Below, in pieces: positions 54,641 through 64,000 of a stretch of 64,000 nucleotides of DNA (the stretch's first letter is position 1; the number at the start of each line of letters is the position of its first letter). Under the pieces are notes generated by a model. It saw nothing but the letters and a program-made list of their open reading frames with translations, was not told the DNA's origin and made no database searches. The stretch lies in NCBI GenBank assembly GCA_937863565.1, contig CALMGJ010000013.1, positions 1-64,000 on the forward strand, read 5' to 3'. This DNA comes from an uncultured bacterium (lineage in GTDB: Bacteria > AUK180). The translations under genes and the position numbers were made by a program.

Positions 54641-54852
54641 GTAACTGTTCTTGAGATACCGGGGATCTTCCTGATCTTGTTTATCATGATATCCGTGAGT
54701 TTCTCAAGGTTGGGTTCTTCTATGAAAACTATAATATCGTGGAGCCCGGTCACGATATGGGCGTTCGATACCTCTGGTAGTTTGGTCAATGCCTGCAATG
54801 CCAGCTCGTCCTGTTTCCCGTCGGTGTTGATCAGCAAATAAGCTCCTACCAT
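54622..54852 (-). CDS. Stand-alone Lrp/AsnC ligand-binding (RAM) domain protein
   Basis: AYLLIN, V..AHIVTG.HDII, I.KIPGI.RT.T; AGGAGG RBS. Confidence 0.88.
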   Translation of the reverse strand: MVGAYLLINTDGKQDELALQALTKLPEVSNAHIVTGLHDIIVFIEEPNLEKLTDIMINKIRKIPGISRTVTCIAVK

Positions 54853-54875
54853 ATTTTCCTCCTGTATGTTTGTTT

Positions 54876-57047
54876 TTAGTTCACCACGACCCTGTTCTTC
54901 CCGCCTTTTTTAGCCATATACAGCGCATTATCAGCGGCTGAGATGAGATCCTCGTCATTGATCGCCATTGCGGGAATGAACGTGGCGATGCCCATGCTCA
55001 CGGTAATGGTGATGAATTTGTCCTCTCTGTTCAAAAAGGGTACTTTGGTCTCGCTGATCGCCACTCTCAGCCGGTTCGCGGTTTCTTCCGCGAACTTCTT
55101 TTCCGTTTCAGGGAATATGATCACGAATTCTTCTCCGCCGTACCTTGCGACGATATCCGTATCTCGCGTGTAGTATTTCATCGTGTCGGCGAGCTTCTTG
55201 AGCACCAAGTCTCCTTGAGGATGCCCGTACGTGTCATTGATCGATTTAAAATTATCAATGTCCAGAATGACGAGAGAGAAGGGGTGGGAATACCTTTTCG
55301 CTCTGATCACTTCAGCCGTCAGAGCCGTTCTGAAATACCTGTAATTGAACAGTTTCGTCATCTCGTCGATCTTGGCCAGTTCCAGTGTCCTGTTGTACAG
55401 CTCATTGTTCTTCAGGGCTATTCCCAACTGGTTAGCGACCATGCTGAGAAGCTCCATATCCCGCGGAGTGAAGTAATTATACTTATCAGATTCGAAATCC
55501 ATCACGCCCATGATCTCGTTCACGCCGAATTTGATAGGAACAGCAAGCTCGCTTCTCGTATTCACAGCGCCCTTCACATACCGGGGGTCCTTCTCGACAT
55601 CATTCACGATCTGAGCCATTTTATTCGCAGCGACCCAGCCCGTTATCCCGTCCCGGCCAACTTTGAGCTGCCTGTCCTTTATTTCGTGTGTATTGTACCC
55701 TATGCTCGCGGCTATCTTTAAAAAATCGCCGTCCTTGAGAAGAATCGCCACATTCGTATACCCGAGGGATTCTTTGATGATCTTCACAACTTTATTTATA
55801 TAATCCTGCTCGTTGGATAATTTCGTTATCATCTCATTGACGGTGTATACGGTCCTCAGTTTCCGGTTCAGGTAATTGAGTTCCTGAAGGTCAAGAACGT
55901 TCTGGATAGCGAATCCCGCGGTATGTATGAAAATGATAAGTTCATTCAGGACATCATCGGAAGGTATCTTCCTGTTGAGCGGTTTGTCAACCGTAAAATA
56001 TCCCAGCATTTCGTCGCTTCTTCCAAGTATTGGGAAAAGAAGTATATCCTCGGGATGCCAATCACCTTCCTTAAGTTTCTCCACTTCGGCCTTCTCGCTC
56101 ACGGTAAGGACATATTCAGGATCGAATCTGTTCACGAAACTCCCGGGTATGAAATAACCGCCCCGTATCTTGAAATTATCATTGAGCATCTGATTAACGA
56201 AATCCATCGGGATCCTCTGTTCCTTGACCTTAGCCCATTCGCTGTCCGTCAAGCCGGCATATGTGGCTCTTTTGTAGATGCGCTCCTGTTTTTCGAACAG
56301 GGAAAGAAGGACCACTTCGCAGCGTAAAACGTTCTTTACTCCTTCCACAACGTTTTTCAGTATCTTTTCAATGCTCTGGGCTGAAACGATGTCCGCGGTG
56401 ATCTTCGTTAAAAATTCATACTGGGCATTGCGAAGCTCGTTCTGTTTGAGCATCTCCTCTTGGTCCTTCAGATGCTCGAATTCCTTATTATCGAAGAAAA
56501 TGGGTTTTATCAGGACTTCCACGGTGAAAATAAGGAGTATGCTTACAAAGAGATATATGATCAGGTAGAAGAAATAGTCATTCTGACTTGAGATGTTCGC
56601 GTATTTTAACGGTAGTTTATTTATGAAGAAAAGGAACTGAGCGAACAAGAATATCATCGCTCCTCCGATAGCATACTTGACATTGAATAAAACAGTGAGA
56701 ACGACAAGTTCCATTAAAAATACTATCGAGAATGGATTGTTCAATCCGCCTATATACGGGATCACAAAAGAGAGAAGAACGATGTCCAGGCCGATGTTCG
56801 CGAGATTGCATACTTTAAGTTCATGGACAAGCTGTTCCAGCCCTTTATTCTTGAGCTTCCTTCTTATGAGCATATAAAAAACGGTATTCACTGCCAAAGA
56901 AAGCGCAAGAGCGCTCCCGAGAAGCAGTATATCCAGATGGCCCGGGTTGATGCTGATATAGAAAAAATAAAGGAAGAAAAGGATAGGAATGGCCCAGAAC
57001 CTTACGGATAGATTCCGGAATAAGGATTGAAGTTTGATCCTGTTCAA
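54876..57047 (-). CDS. Membrane-anchored GAF-GAF-GGDEF diguanylate cyclase
   Basis: About 5 TM helices, two GAF domains (GITGWVA, SELAVPI, F...D.ELL), DEMTKLFN, DIDNFK.INDTYGH, RDTD I-site, RYGGEEF; start uncertain (TTG 57047; ORF open from 57119). Confidence 0.92.
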   Translation of the reverse strand: MNRIKLQSLFRNLSVRFWAIPILFFLYFFYISINPGHLDILLLGSALALSLAVNTVFYMLIRRKLKNKGLEQLVHELKVCNLANIGLDIVLLSFVIPYIGGLNNPFSIVFLMELVVLTVLFNVKYAIGGAMIFLFAQFLFFINKLPLKYANISSQNDYFFYLIIYLFVSILLIFTVEVLIKPIFFDNKEFEHLKDQEEMLKQNELRNAQYEFLTKITADIVSAQSIEKILKNVVEGVKNVLRCEVVLLSLFEKQERIYKRATYAGLTDSEWAKVKEQRIPMDFVNQMLNDNFKIRGGYFIPGSFVNRFDPEYVLTVSEKAEVEKLKEGDWHPEDILLFPILGRSDEMLGYFTVDKPLNRKIPSDDVLNELIIFIHTAGFAIQNVLDLQELNYLNRKLRTVYTVNEMITKLSNEQDYINKVVKIIKESLGYTNVAILLKDGDFLKIAASIGYNTHEIKDRQLKVGRDGITGWVAANKMAQIVNDVEKDPRYVKGAVNTRSELAVPIKFGVNEIMGVMDFESDKYNYFTPRDMELLSMVANQLGIALKNNELYNRTLELAKIDEMTKLFNYRYFRTALTAEVIRAKRYSHPFSLVILDIDNFKSINDTYGHPQGDLVLKKLADTMKYYTRDTDIVARYGGEEFVIIFPETEKKFAEETANRLRVAISETKVPFLNREDKFITITVSMGIATFIPAMAINDEDLISAADNALYMAKKGGKNRVVVN

Positions 57048-57054
57048 TCTTGAC

Positions 57055-58695
57055 TCACGGGATCCATATCCTGTCTTTTTTCGCCCGTTCGATAGCAAGA
57101 TCATAACCGGCGTCGGCATGTCTGACTACTCCCAGGCCGGGATCATTGTTCAATGCCCGTTCGATCTTTTCTGAGGCGAGTTTCGTTCCGTCAGCTACCA
57201 CTACTATCCCGGAATGTATGGAATAACCGATGCCCACGCCGCCTCCATGATGAACGGAGACCCAAGTCGCTCCTGAAGAGCTTGCCAGAAGAGCATTCAG
57301 CACGGGCCAGTCCGCTATCGCGTCTGAACCGTCCTTCATTGCCTCTGTTTCCCTGTTGGGGCTAGCTACCGAACCCGAATCATGATGGTCCCTGCCGATC
57401 ACGACAGGAGATATCCTATTTTTCTTTACGAGATGGTTTATCACCTCAGCCATTTCCGCCCTCTCGCCGTTCTCCAGCCAGCATATCCTCGCAGGGAGCC
57501 CCTGAAACGCTACGCGTTCCTTTGCCATATTGATCCATACGCGGAGATGTTCCTTTTCGGGGAACTGCTTCAGAAGGGCATCATCCGTCTCAAAAATATC
57601 TTTCGGATCGCCTGAAAGCGCAGCCCATCTGAACGGTCCGCTGCCGATGGAGAAGAATTTCCTTATGTATTTCGGGACATACCCTACTATCTTGAAGGCA
57701 TCGCTTACTCCGGCCTTCTGTGCCTGTGCCCTGATATTATTGCCGTAATCGAAAACGGACGCTCCCGAATCCTGAAATCCGATAAGAGCCGTCATATGTT
57801 TTGCGACGGTCTCGTAAGATTCCTTCATATACCTTTCAGGGTCCTTTTCCCTCAAAGCTACCGCTTCATCATATGTGTAATTCTCGGGATAGTAGCCGTA
57901 CATCATATCATGCGCGGCGGTCTGGTCTGTAACGATATCCGGTACGATGCCTCTGTCGGTCATCTCCTTGCAAACGGTAGCGGCATTCCCCAGAAGTCCT
58001 ATCGAGACGGCTTTCCCATCCTTTATCGCCTCGTCTTTCATCTGGAGGGCCTTGTCGAGCGAATCAGTCCAAGTATCGAGATATCTGTCCTTTATCCTTC
58101 TTTCTATGGCCCATTTATTGATTTCAATAACGATGGCAACACCGCCGTTCATGGTCACAGCAAGAGGTTGAGCACCGCCCATCTCTCCCAGACCGGCGCT
58201 CAAGACCCATTTTCCTTTGAGAGAACCGCCGTAAGAATCGGCTACTGCGCGGAGTACTTCATACGTCCCTTGCAATATCCCCTGTGTTCCGATATAGATC
58301 CACGAGCCTGCGGTCATCTGACCGTACATCGTAAGCCCCTTGTCCTCAAGCTCTCTGAAATATTCATAAGTTGCCCAATGAGGAACGATAAGCGAATTGG
58401 CGATGAGAACGCGTGGAGCCCATTCGTTCGTCTTGAACACGGCAACGGGTTTACCCGATTGAACGAGAAGCGTGTCATCCCGGTCCATCTTCTGAAGAGT
58501 TCCTACAATGCGGTCAAAGCATTGCCAGTTCCGGGCAGCACGGCCGGTGCCGCCGTATACGATCAGATTATCCGGATCTTTTGCCACATCAGGGTCAAGA
58601 TTGTTCATCAGCATGCGCATAGGTGCTTCAAGCTGCCAGTTCTTGCAGGTCAATTTCATTCCCCGCGGCGCCCTGATCACTCTTTTTTCCATCAT
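57055..58695 (-). CDS. hutU: Urocanate hydratase
   Basis: [76 protein letters not shown]. Confidence 0.97.
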   Translation of the reverse strand: MMEKRVIRAPRGMKLTCKNWQLEAPMRMLMNNLDPDVAKDPDNLIVYGGTGRAARNWQCFDRIVGTLQKMDRDDTLLVQSGKPVAVFKTNEWAPRVLIANSLIVPHWATYEYFRELEDKGLTMYGQMTAGSWIYIGTQGILQGTYEVLRAVADSYGGSLKGKWVLSAGLGEMGGAQPLAVTMNGGVAIVIEINKWAIERRIKDRYLDTWTDSLDKALQMKDEAIKDGKAVSIGLLGNAATVCKEMTDRGIVPDIVTDQTAAHDMMYGYYPENYTYDEAVALREKDPERYMKESYETVAKHMTALIGFQDSGASVFDYGNNIRAQAQKAGVSDAFKIVGYVPKYIRKFFSIGSGPFRWAALSGDPKDIFETDDALLKQFPEKEHLRVWINMAKERVAFQGLPARICWLENGERAEMAEVINHLVKKNRISPVVIGRDHHDSGSVASPNRETEAMKDGSDAIADWPVLNALLASSSGATWVSVHHGGGVGIGYSIHSGIVVVADGTKLASEKIERALNNDPGLGVVRHADAGYDLAIERAKKDRIWIP

Positions 58696-58743
58696 TATGC
58701 TCTCCCAAAATTATATTTTATTATAACAAAAAACTTTTTTTTT

Positions 58744-59937
58744 TCAATTTTCCGGGCGTGGTTTTAATATTCCGGAGATCTCCTTGCGGATCGATTGCAA
58801 TTGAGGTCCGAAATTATACTTCAGAGCCAGTTTTTCTGCTTTTTCCAGGACTTCCAGCGCTTTTTCAGGGCAGCCGAGTTTTTTTTCAATATCGGCCCTG
58901 TTCAAAAGGCAGAGCACTGTTCCATACGAATTGGGCACGTTGCGGAAAGTTCTCTCCGCAAATGAGCTGCATTCCAATGCTTTCCTATATTCACCTTTGT
59001 TTAAATAAATGCTGGCCATATTGAGATTCACTTCGGCCATGCCGTTCCTGTTCTTCAGCATCTTGTCGACCTTAAGGGCCTTTCCGTAATGCTCGAGCGC
59101 TTTTGCATTGTTCCCTTTGAAGTAGTATACGATCCCAATATTATTGTTGGCGTCTCCAATGGCTTTGGTCAGGCCGATCTCCTCGGAGATTGAGAGGAAA
59201 TGTCCGTAGCATTTCAGCGCGGCGGAATACCGGCCCTTATTCCTGTAAATCATCCCGAGAGAATTGTAGCATAGAGCGATCCCTCTTTTGTTCCCGACCT
59301 TTTCATAGATCCTTAATGTAAGCATGATATGGTCACGGGCATTTTCCAGGTCCCCTCTTTTGATCTCCAGTACGGAAAGGTTCGAATATCCCATTGCCTG
59401 GCTCTTGATATCATCCCGCTTCCGGGCTTCCCTGATGAACTCTTTGAAATACGCCGCCGCCTTTCCGAATTCACCGAGGGTCTGATAGGATAGTCCCATA
59501 TTACAGAGTAGGCCGATATCGGGTTTTAGCCGGGCACGGCGATTCAATGATGCCGCTCTCCGGTAATAGAAGAGGGCTTCCCTGCAGCCCCCCGTATTCC
59601 TCTCGATATTGCCCAGAAAAACAAGGCATGTCGAGCATAACTCCGGGTCAGCTCTGGCATTTCTTTTCTTGAGGAGCGCTTTAACGATCTTTTTTGCCGT
59701 TCCGAACTCCGTTCTGTTACCGAGATATCCTGCTTTTTTAAGGATGAGGGCATTTACAAGATCGGAGCACCCGGAAGAGGGTCTTCCGGCTATACCGGCC
59801 GCAGTTTCGATATCTTCAAGGCATTCTTTGTAAAGTCCCACTAGTTCATAGAGTTCCGCCCGCTTCTTTAGAACTTCTATGTAAGACCGGATCGCCGGAA
59901 CGATCCCCGGTAAGGTCTCAGGCGCAGTCATTCCCAT
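58744..59937 (-). CDS. Tetratricopeptide-repeat protein
   Basis: Repeated ~40-aa units N.G..Y...G.Y..AL..Y..AL.I. Confidence 0.88.
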   Translation of the reverse strand: MGMTAPETLPGIVPAIRSYIEVLKKRAELYELVGLYKECLEDIETAAGIAGRPSSGCSDLVNALILKKAGYLGNRTEFGTAKKIVKALLKKRNARADPELCSTCLVFLGNIERNTGGCREALFYYRRAASLNRRARLKPDIGLLCNMGLSYQTLGEFGKAAAYFKEFIREARKRDDIKSQAMGYSNLSVLEIKRGDLENARDHIMLTLRIYEKVGNKRGIALCYNSLGMIYRNKGRYSAALKCYGHFLSISEEIGLTKAIGDANNNIGIVYYFKGNNAKALEHYGKALKVDKMLKNRNGMAEVNLNMASIYLNKGEYRKALECSSFAERTFRNVPNSYGTVLCLLNRADIEKKLGCPEKALEVLEKAEKLALKYNFGPQLQSIRKEISGILKPRPEN

Positions 59938-59983
59938 TTTACGATATTCAAGTTACTTTTTTCAATTCCAGGGATTTAGCGGA

Positions 59984-60337
59984 TCACTGTTGGATCTTCT
60001 TCTCTTTTTTTCCCATCGTACACTGACCGTTGAAGATGGCACCTTTGTCTATCTGAAGAATATTTGAATTAATGTCTCCCTGAATATGGGCGGTCCCGTT
60101 CAATTCAAGATAGTCTTTTATATCGAGATTTCCGATGACCTTACCGCCGATCACGCCTTTATTGGCAATAACATTCCCGCTCACAGAGCCCTTATCGCCT
60201 ATCACGACCATGCCGCCACAGTTGACATCACCGTTCAGAGCGCCGTCTATCCTGATACTGCCTTTGGATTCAACATTTCCGTTTATCACAGTGCTTTCGC
60301 CTATGGTAAGGTCTATTTTTTCATCCAGTTCTTTCAC
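59984..60337 (-). CDS. Bactofilin (polymer-forming cytoskeletal protein)
   Basis: IG..T.I.G.V...G.IRIDG...G.V beta-helix repeats; GA.F.G.C.M. Confidence 0.93.
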   Translation of the reverse strand: MKELDEKIDLTIGESTVINGNVESKGSIRIDGALNGDVNCGGMVVIGDKGSVSGNVIANKGVIGGKVIGNLDIKDYLELNGTAHIQGDINSNILQIDKGAIFNGQCTMGKKEKKIQQ

Positions 60338-60340
60338 TGA

Positions 60341-61243
60341 TCACTCCAGATTGTATTCCAGTATGAAATTGATCGGGTTTACACATTTATTGTTGAGCCT
60401 TACTTCATAGTGCAGATGCGGACCGGTAGATCTACCCGTATTACCCCGCGTTCCTATTACCTGTCCTCTTTTTACAACCTGCCCCGTTTTGACCAGAAGC
60501 GAGTTCATATGAGCATATCTCGACGAATAACCGAATCCGTGCTTGATCTCGATGAGCTTGCCGTATCCGAACGGATTGTTCTCGCATCTTGTAATGATGC
60601 CGTCTGCAGTGGCAACTATTCCTGTTCCTAGAGGTCCCGCTATATCTATACCCTGATGGAATTCCACTCTTCCCGTCATCGGATTAAGTCGGGGCGCGAA
60701 GCCCGATGTGATATAACCTTTACAGGGCCAAAGCGAGGGTGTCGCGGCGATCAGCGAATTGTTCTTGTAGATGAAGTCCTTGATCCTGATGAAACTGTCT
60801 TCCTTGTCGTACAGTTCTGTTTTCAGACCGCTGATGATCTCTTCGCGGATCTTGTTCAGCCTTTCATTCCTGTTGTATTCATTGTAAAGGGTATTGCTGT
60901 CATAACCGCCCTTTGAATTGGGGTCCTCGTTATTGATGCCGAGAAGGGTAGCCACTTCTTCCTGGAAGATCTTGACCTTCTCGAATCTCTGGACGATCTT
61001 AACAAGGTTTGTGGACAGTTTTTCATTCTCGCCTCTCAGTACATGATTCTCTTCGATGATCTTGAGATAATCGGACATCTGGCTTCTAAGTGCCAGATAA
61101 TCAAAACCTATATAGCCGGTGGTCAAACCGAGAACTACAGCCAGCATGATGAGGACAGTTTGAAGATTTCTCGAGAAATTGATCTTCTTAATATTCCCCT
61201 TCGACTTGGGAATGATGAGGATTTCCTTATCTTTTAACTGCAT
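60341..61243 (-). CDS. M23-family metallopeptidase
   Basis: TM helix and coiled coil; PSLWP..G.ITS.F, FHQGIDIA, YAHM, GRSTGPHLHYEV. Confidence 0.93.
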   Translation of the reverse strand: MQLKDKEILIIPKSKGNIKKINFSRNLQTVLIMLAVVLGLTTGYIGFDYLALRSQMSDYLKIIEENHVLRGENEKLSTNLVKIVQRFEKVKIFQEEVATLLGINNEDPNSKGGYDSNTLYNEYNRNERLNKIREEIISGLKTELYDKEDSFIRIKDFIYKNNSLIAATPSLWPCKGYITSGFAPRLNPMTGRVEFHQGIDIAGPLGTGIVATADGIITRCENNPFGYGKLIEIKHGFGYSSRYAHMNSLLVKTGQVVKRGQVIGTRGNTGRSTGPHLHYEVRLNNKCVNPINFILEYNLE

Positions 61244-61251
61244 CTTTTAAC

Positions 61252-61280
61252 ATTATATTACAAAATCATTGCTTTGTCAA
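61252..61280 (-). promoter_or_regulatory. Perfect sigma70 consensus promoter TTGACA-17-TATAAT for M23-bactofilin
   Basis: Hexamers at 61280-61275 (inside the 3' end of tsaE) and 61257-61252; ATG 8 nt downstream. Confidence 0.75.
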
Positions 61281-61709
61281 GTTTTTTTTCACCTTTACGG
61301 TTCTTCCTTCAGGATGTCCCAACTTGCCGCTATTTATTTCGATGATCAGATCGAACGGTCCGTTCGATATACCAATTTTCTCCGCCCATTCAACGAGCAT
61401 GGCATCGGCTCTTTCGGCAAGCTCCCAGAACCCGAAGTCGTCAATGAAGCGTTGGTACCTGTACAGGTCTATATGCGCGTAGATTTTTTCGGCCAACTTG
61501 TATTCGTTCACGATCGTGAAACTTGGGGAAATAATATCCTCTTCGGAAATGCCGAAGAAAGAGAAAAAACCTTTCGCGAAAACGGTCTTACCGGCTCCAA
61601 GCGGTCCCGAGAGAGCTACCCGGCGGAAACCGGCTTTTGCCATGTTCCGGGCAAGTTCCTTCATTTCCGCTTCGCTGTTCAGTATATATTCATCTTTTAA
61701 AGTGGTCAT
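61266..61709 (-). CDS. tsaE: tRNA threonylcarbamoyladenosine biosynthesis ATPase
   Basis: LSGPLGAGKT.F.KG, SPSFTIVNEY, HIDLYR, VEWAE; start placed at ATG 61709. Confidence 0.93.
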   Translation of the reverse strand: MTTLKDEYILNSEAEMKELARNMAKAGFRRVALSGPLGAGKTVFAKGFFSFFGISEEDIISPSFTIVNEYKLAEKIYAHIDLYRYQRFIDDFGFWELAERADAMLVEWAEKIGISNGPFDLIIEINSGKLGHPEGRTVKVKKNLTKQ

Positions 61710-62604
61710 AACCCCCTGACACTTTTTTCCCGTTAAGACGGACACCCGTTCCATTTTCGGCTTTCCCGATCATTATCCCGAATGGAACTTCCGCTCTTGA
61801 TGTAAAGAGAAATGAATAATCATCGCCGCCGTTCAATACCGGACCGAAAGGATCGATGCCTTTACTGTTGCAGAATTTCCTAATATCGTTATCGACCGGT
61901 ATCATTGATCTAGTCAATGAGAGTCTGATCCCTGAACTTGATGCCAAACGGCCGGCATCCATCAGAAGTCCGTCTGAGATATCTATGCTCGATGTAATAC
62001 TGGGATTGTTTCGGAATTTTCGCAGAAAACCGGGCGATGGCAAGCGGTAGTTCAGGTACCTTTTCAGAAGGGAGGGAAAATCCTCATCCTTCATCTTAAA
62101 TGCATTTAATCCGCAGGCAGCGAATCCAGTCGGCCCCGAAAGATAGAGCAGGTCCCCGGGCCGGGCACCGTGTCTTGAGTAGAAGAACTTCTTCTCCACA
62201 GTGCCGATCAATGTCATGGACAGGTCGTCCGTTCCGGAGATGTTCGTATCGCCACCCAATATTTCAATACCGAATTTGCCTGCGTATTTCTCCATCATCT
62301 TCATATAACCGGGAAGATTCCTCTTTCTGACTGAGGCATATATGAAGCCGAATCTGGCTTCGCCTCCCTTGACAAGCACATCGGAAATATTCCTCACGAA
62401 GAGTTTCTCCATCACGCTCCCGGCAGGATCGCCCCGGAAGAAATGTATGCCTTCCCTTACTCCGTCGAGGGTAACGAGAAAATATGTTCTCTGATCTTTT
62501 TCAAAAGCAGCGCAGTCGTCGCCGATGCCGATATTTTTTCCTGAAGCCCTGAATTTTCTCTCCAGAAGAGAGATCAGGGCCGCTTCACTTTTCAATGATC
62601 TCAT
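61690..62604 (-). CDS. thiL: Thiamine-monophosphate kinase
   Basis: GIGDDCA, EGIHF, NISDV..KGG, GGDT, R.GARPGD, IDISDGL..D, GGDDY.LFT, GYDHF. Confidence 0.93.
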   Translation of the reverse strand: MRSLKSEAALISLLERKFRASGKNIGIGDDCAAFEKDQRTYFLVTLDGVREGIHFFRGDPAGSVMEKLFVRNISDVLVKGGEARFGFIYASVRKRNLPGYMKMMEKYAGKFGIEILGGDTNISGTDDLSMTLIGTVEKKFFYSRHGARPGDLLYLSGPTGFAACGLNAFKMKDEDFPSLLKRYLNYRLPSPGFLRKFRNNPSITSSIDISDGLLMDAGRLASSSGIRLSLTRSMIPVDNDIRKFCNSKGIDPFGPVLNGGDDYSFLFTSRAEVPFGIMIGKAENGTGVRLNGKKVSGGYDHFKR

Positions 62605-64000
62605 TTCCGGTCATCCCGAACCCTTCGATTATAGATGCCGCCGTGATGCCGAGCATGCCTTTTCTTCCGGCAAGCCGGACGGCCGTAGCCCCGATCAGAT
62701 ATAGGGCTATGTTGGAAGCGTCCAGCATCGAATATCCCTGCGCTAGAAAAGATGCGAGAACTCCGCTTAAGGCATCGCCCGTTCCCGCTTTCGCCATCCA
62801 GGGCGTACCATAGGCGGAGATATAGACCTTGCCGTTTGGGAAAGCCGCGTAGGCCAGGCCGCTTTTCAAGATGACCGGCAAACCGTTTTTAATCGAAAAA
62901 CGCCGGAGGTCCTGAAGCATATCCGGGCTTCGCATACCTCCCGCGGCGGCGAACTCGCCGGCATGCGGAGTGATAATAATGTTTTTCAGCCGCGTTCTTT
63001 TATGGAGAGAGAGAACGGGATCTATTCCGTCAGCATCAGCAACGATCTTTCCCGGGAACCCGACAAGAGCTTCCACCAGTGCATCCGGCAGTGCCCATCC
63101 CTTGCCGGCACCGCAACCAATAACGAGCGCATCACTTTTCATGATCTCGTCAAGGACCTTGTTCATTTTCCCTGCAGGAGTGCCGGCCAGACATTCCGGT
63201 AAAGTCCTGAAGATGATCTCTGAACCTGCGGGCAATTTCCCGAAATCGGGAGGAACAACGGTATAGACCATCCCCGCACCGCTTTTCAGTGCGGCTTTGG
63301 CGCTGAGCACGGGAGCGCCTTTGTACAGCCTGCTCCCGCCTATCACCGTGACCGTACCGTTATCGTACTTATGCCGTCCGATCTTTCTTTTCCTGATGAC
63401 AGGCGTTCTAAACAGAGCTGTATCGGAGATAAGCAGTTCGGGCGGTATGGAAACGTTCCTGACCACCGTTTTACCGAAGTACTCCGCCCCGTCGTTCTGG
63501 ACAAGGCCTTTTTTATATGCCCCGAAAGTGACGCAAAGGTCAGCATTCACGCAAACGGATTTTCGACCTGTTTCACCGGAAAGGCCGGAAGGTATATCCA
63601 GGGAAAGAACGAAATTCCCTGCACGCTTCAGTTGATTGATCCGTTTGACCGCCTTTTCGTATTCCGGCGCCAGTTCTCCGGAGAACCCCGTGCCCAAAAC
63701 GGCATCAACGATGCAGATGCCCTCCTGTTCCTCCAGTGATAATTTTCCGATGCCGTATTTCTCGATCCTCATTTTTTCGGCAGTTTTATAGTTCATATAA
63801 GCAGGCGTTCCTTCTTTCGGTATTCCCGTGTAATAAACTCTTACACTACCGCCGCCGTTCATTATATGTCTGGCAAGAGCCCATCCGTCGCCGCCGTTAT
63901 TTCCTTTTCCGCAAACCACGACGGCATCGCGGAATCCCCGTTCCGTCATGATCCTGTATGCCTCAATGGCGGCATTCTCCATAAGGACGATACCCGGTAT
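62585..64000 (-). CDS. nnr: Bifunctional NAD(P)H-hydrate epimerase/dehydratase (YjeF); 5' end lies beyond the window
   Basis: IP..VLMENA, CGKGNNGGDG, DAVLGTG, LDIPSG, HK...G, GAP.L.A.AAL.SGAG, DADG, TPH.GE, AGTGD.L.G. Confidence 0.93.
   Translation of the reverse strand: MPGIVLMENAAIEAYRIMTERGFRDAVVVCGKGNNGGDGWALARHIMNGGGSVRVYYTGIPKEGTPAYMNYKTAEKMRIEKYGIGKLSLEEQEGICIVDAVLGTGFSGELAPEYEKAVKRINQLKRAGNFVLSLDIPSGLSGETGRKSVCVNADLCVTFGAYKKGLVQNDGAEYFGKTVVRNVSIPPELLISDTALFRTPVIRKRKIGRHKYDNGTVTVIGGSRLYKGAPVLSAKAALKSGAGMVYTVVPPDFGKLPAGSEIIFRTLPECLAGTPAGKMNKVLDEIMKSDALVIGCGAGKGWALPDALVEALVGFPGKIVADADGIDPVLSLHKRTRLKNIIITPHAGEFAAAGGMRSPDMLQDLRRFSIKNGLPVILKSGLAYAAFPNGKVYISAYGTPWMAKAGTGDALSGVLASFLAQGYSMLDASNIALYLIGATAVRLAGRKGMLGITAASIIEGFGMTGNEIIEK

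Noticed and set aside
57796-58767. 323-aa plus-strand ORF
   Set aside because: Antisense shadow of the highly conserved hutU, with no recognisable motifs.
59984-61243. M23 peptidase-bactofilin pair as a novel system
   Set aside because: This is a well-known conserved cell-shape module.
62053-62062. CAGGTACCTT match to the transposase repeat core
   Set aside because: Only 10 bp, inside thiL, and the flanks do not match; expected by chance.

Overview
Gene-dense chromosomal window from a diderm bacterium (lpxB, lnt and several outer-membrane barrels are present). Almost all genes are on the minus strand. PorV-family and FlgD/T9SS-like sorting proteins suggest an FCB-related or candidate-phylum organism (inference). 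The backbone is housekeeping: nadA, coaBC, gmk, pepF, asnB, ychF-like, hslV, lpxB, yajC, tgt, lnt, hutU, tsaE, thiL, nnr. Main points of interest: (1) a Y1/HUH (RAYT-like) transposase enclosed by 31-bp inverted repeats, with a third copy of the repeat bracketing a neighbouring gene like a cassette; (2) a lone three-domain bacterial-microcompartment shell protein whose gene overlaps pepF and gmk in a pepF-gmk-coaBC run; (3) a ~16 kb locus with a 2,700-aa lamin-tail/PLD protein, a lamin-tail/OB-fold protein, a PorV-like barrel, a helix-hairpin-helix barrel and a FadL-like channel, possibly for extracellular nucleic-acid scavenging; (4) repeated sigma70 promoters placed for leaderless translation; (5) an amidohydrolase interrupted by one in-frame TAA, an 88-bp tandem duplication and a heptad-phased inverted repeat. 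No rRNA, tRNA or true CRISPR array was recognised. All calls come from reading motifs by eye; no searches were run.
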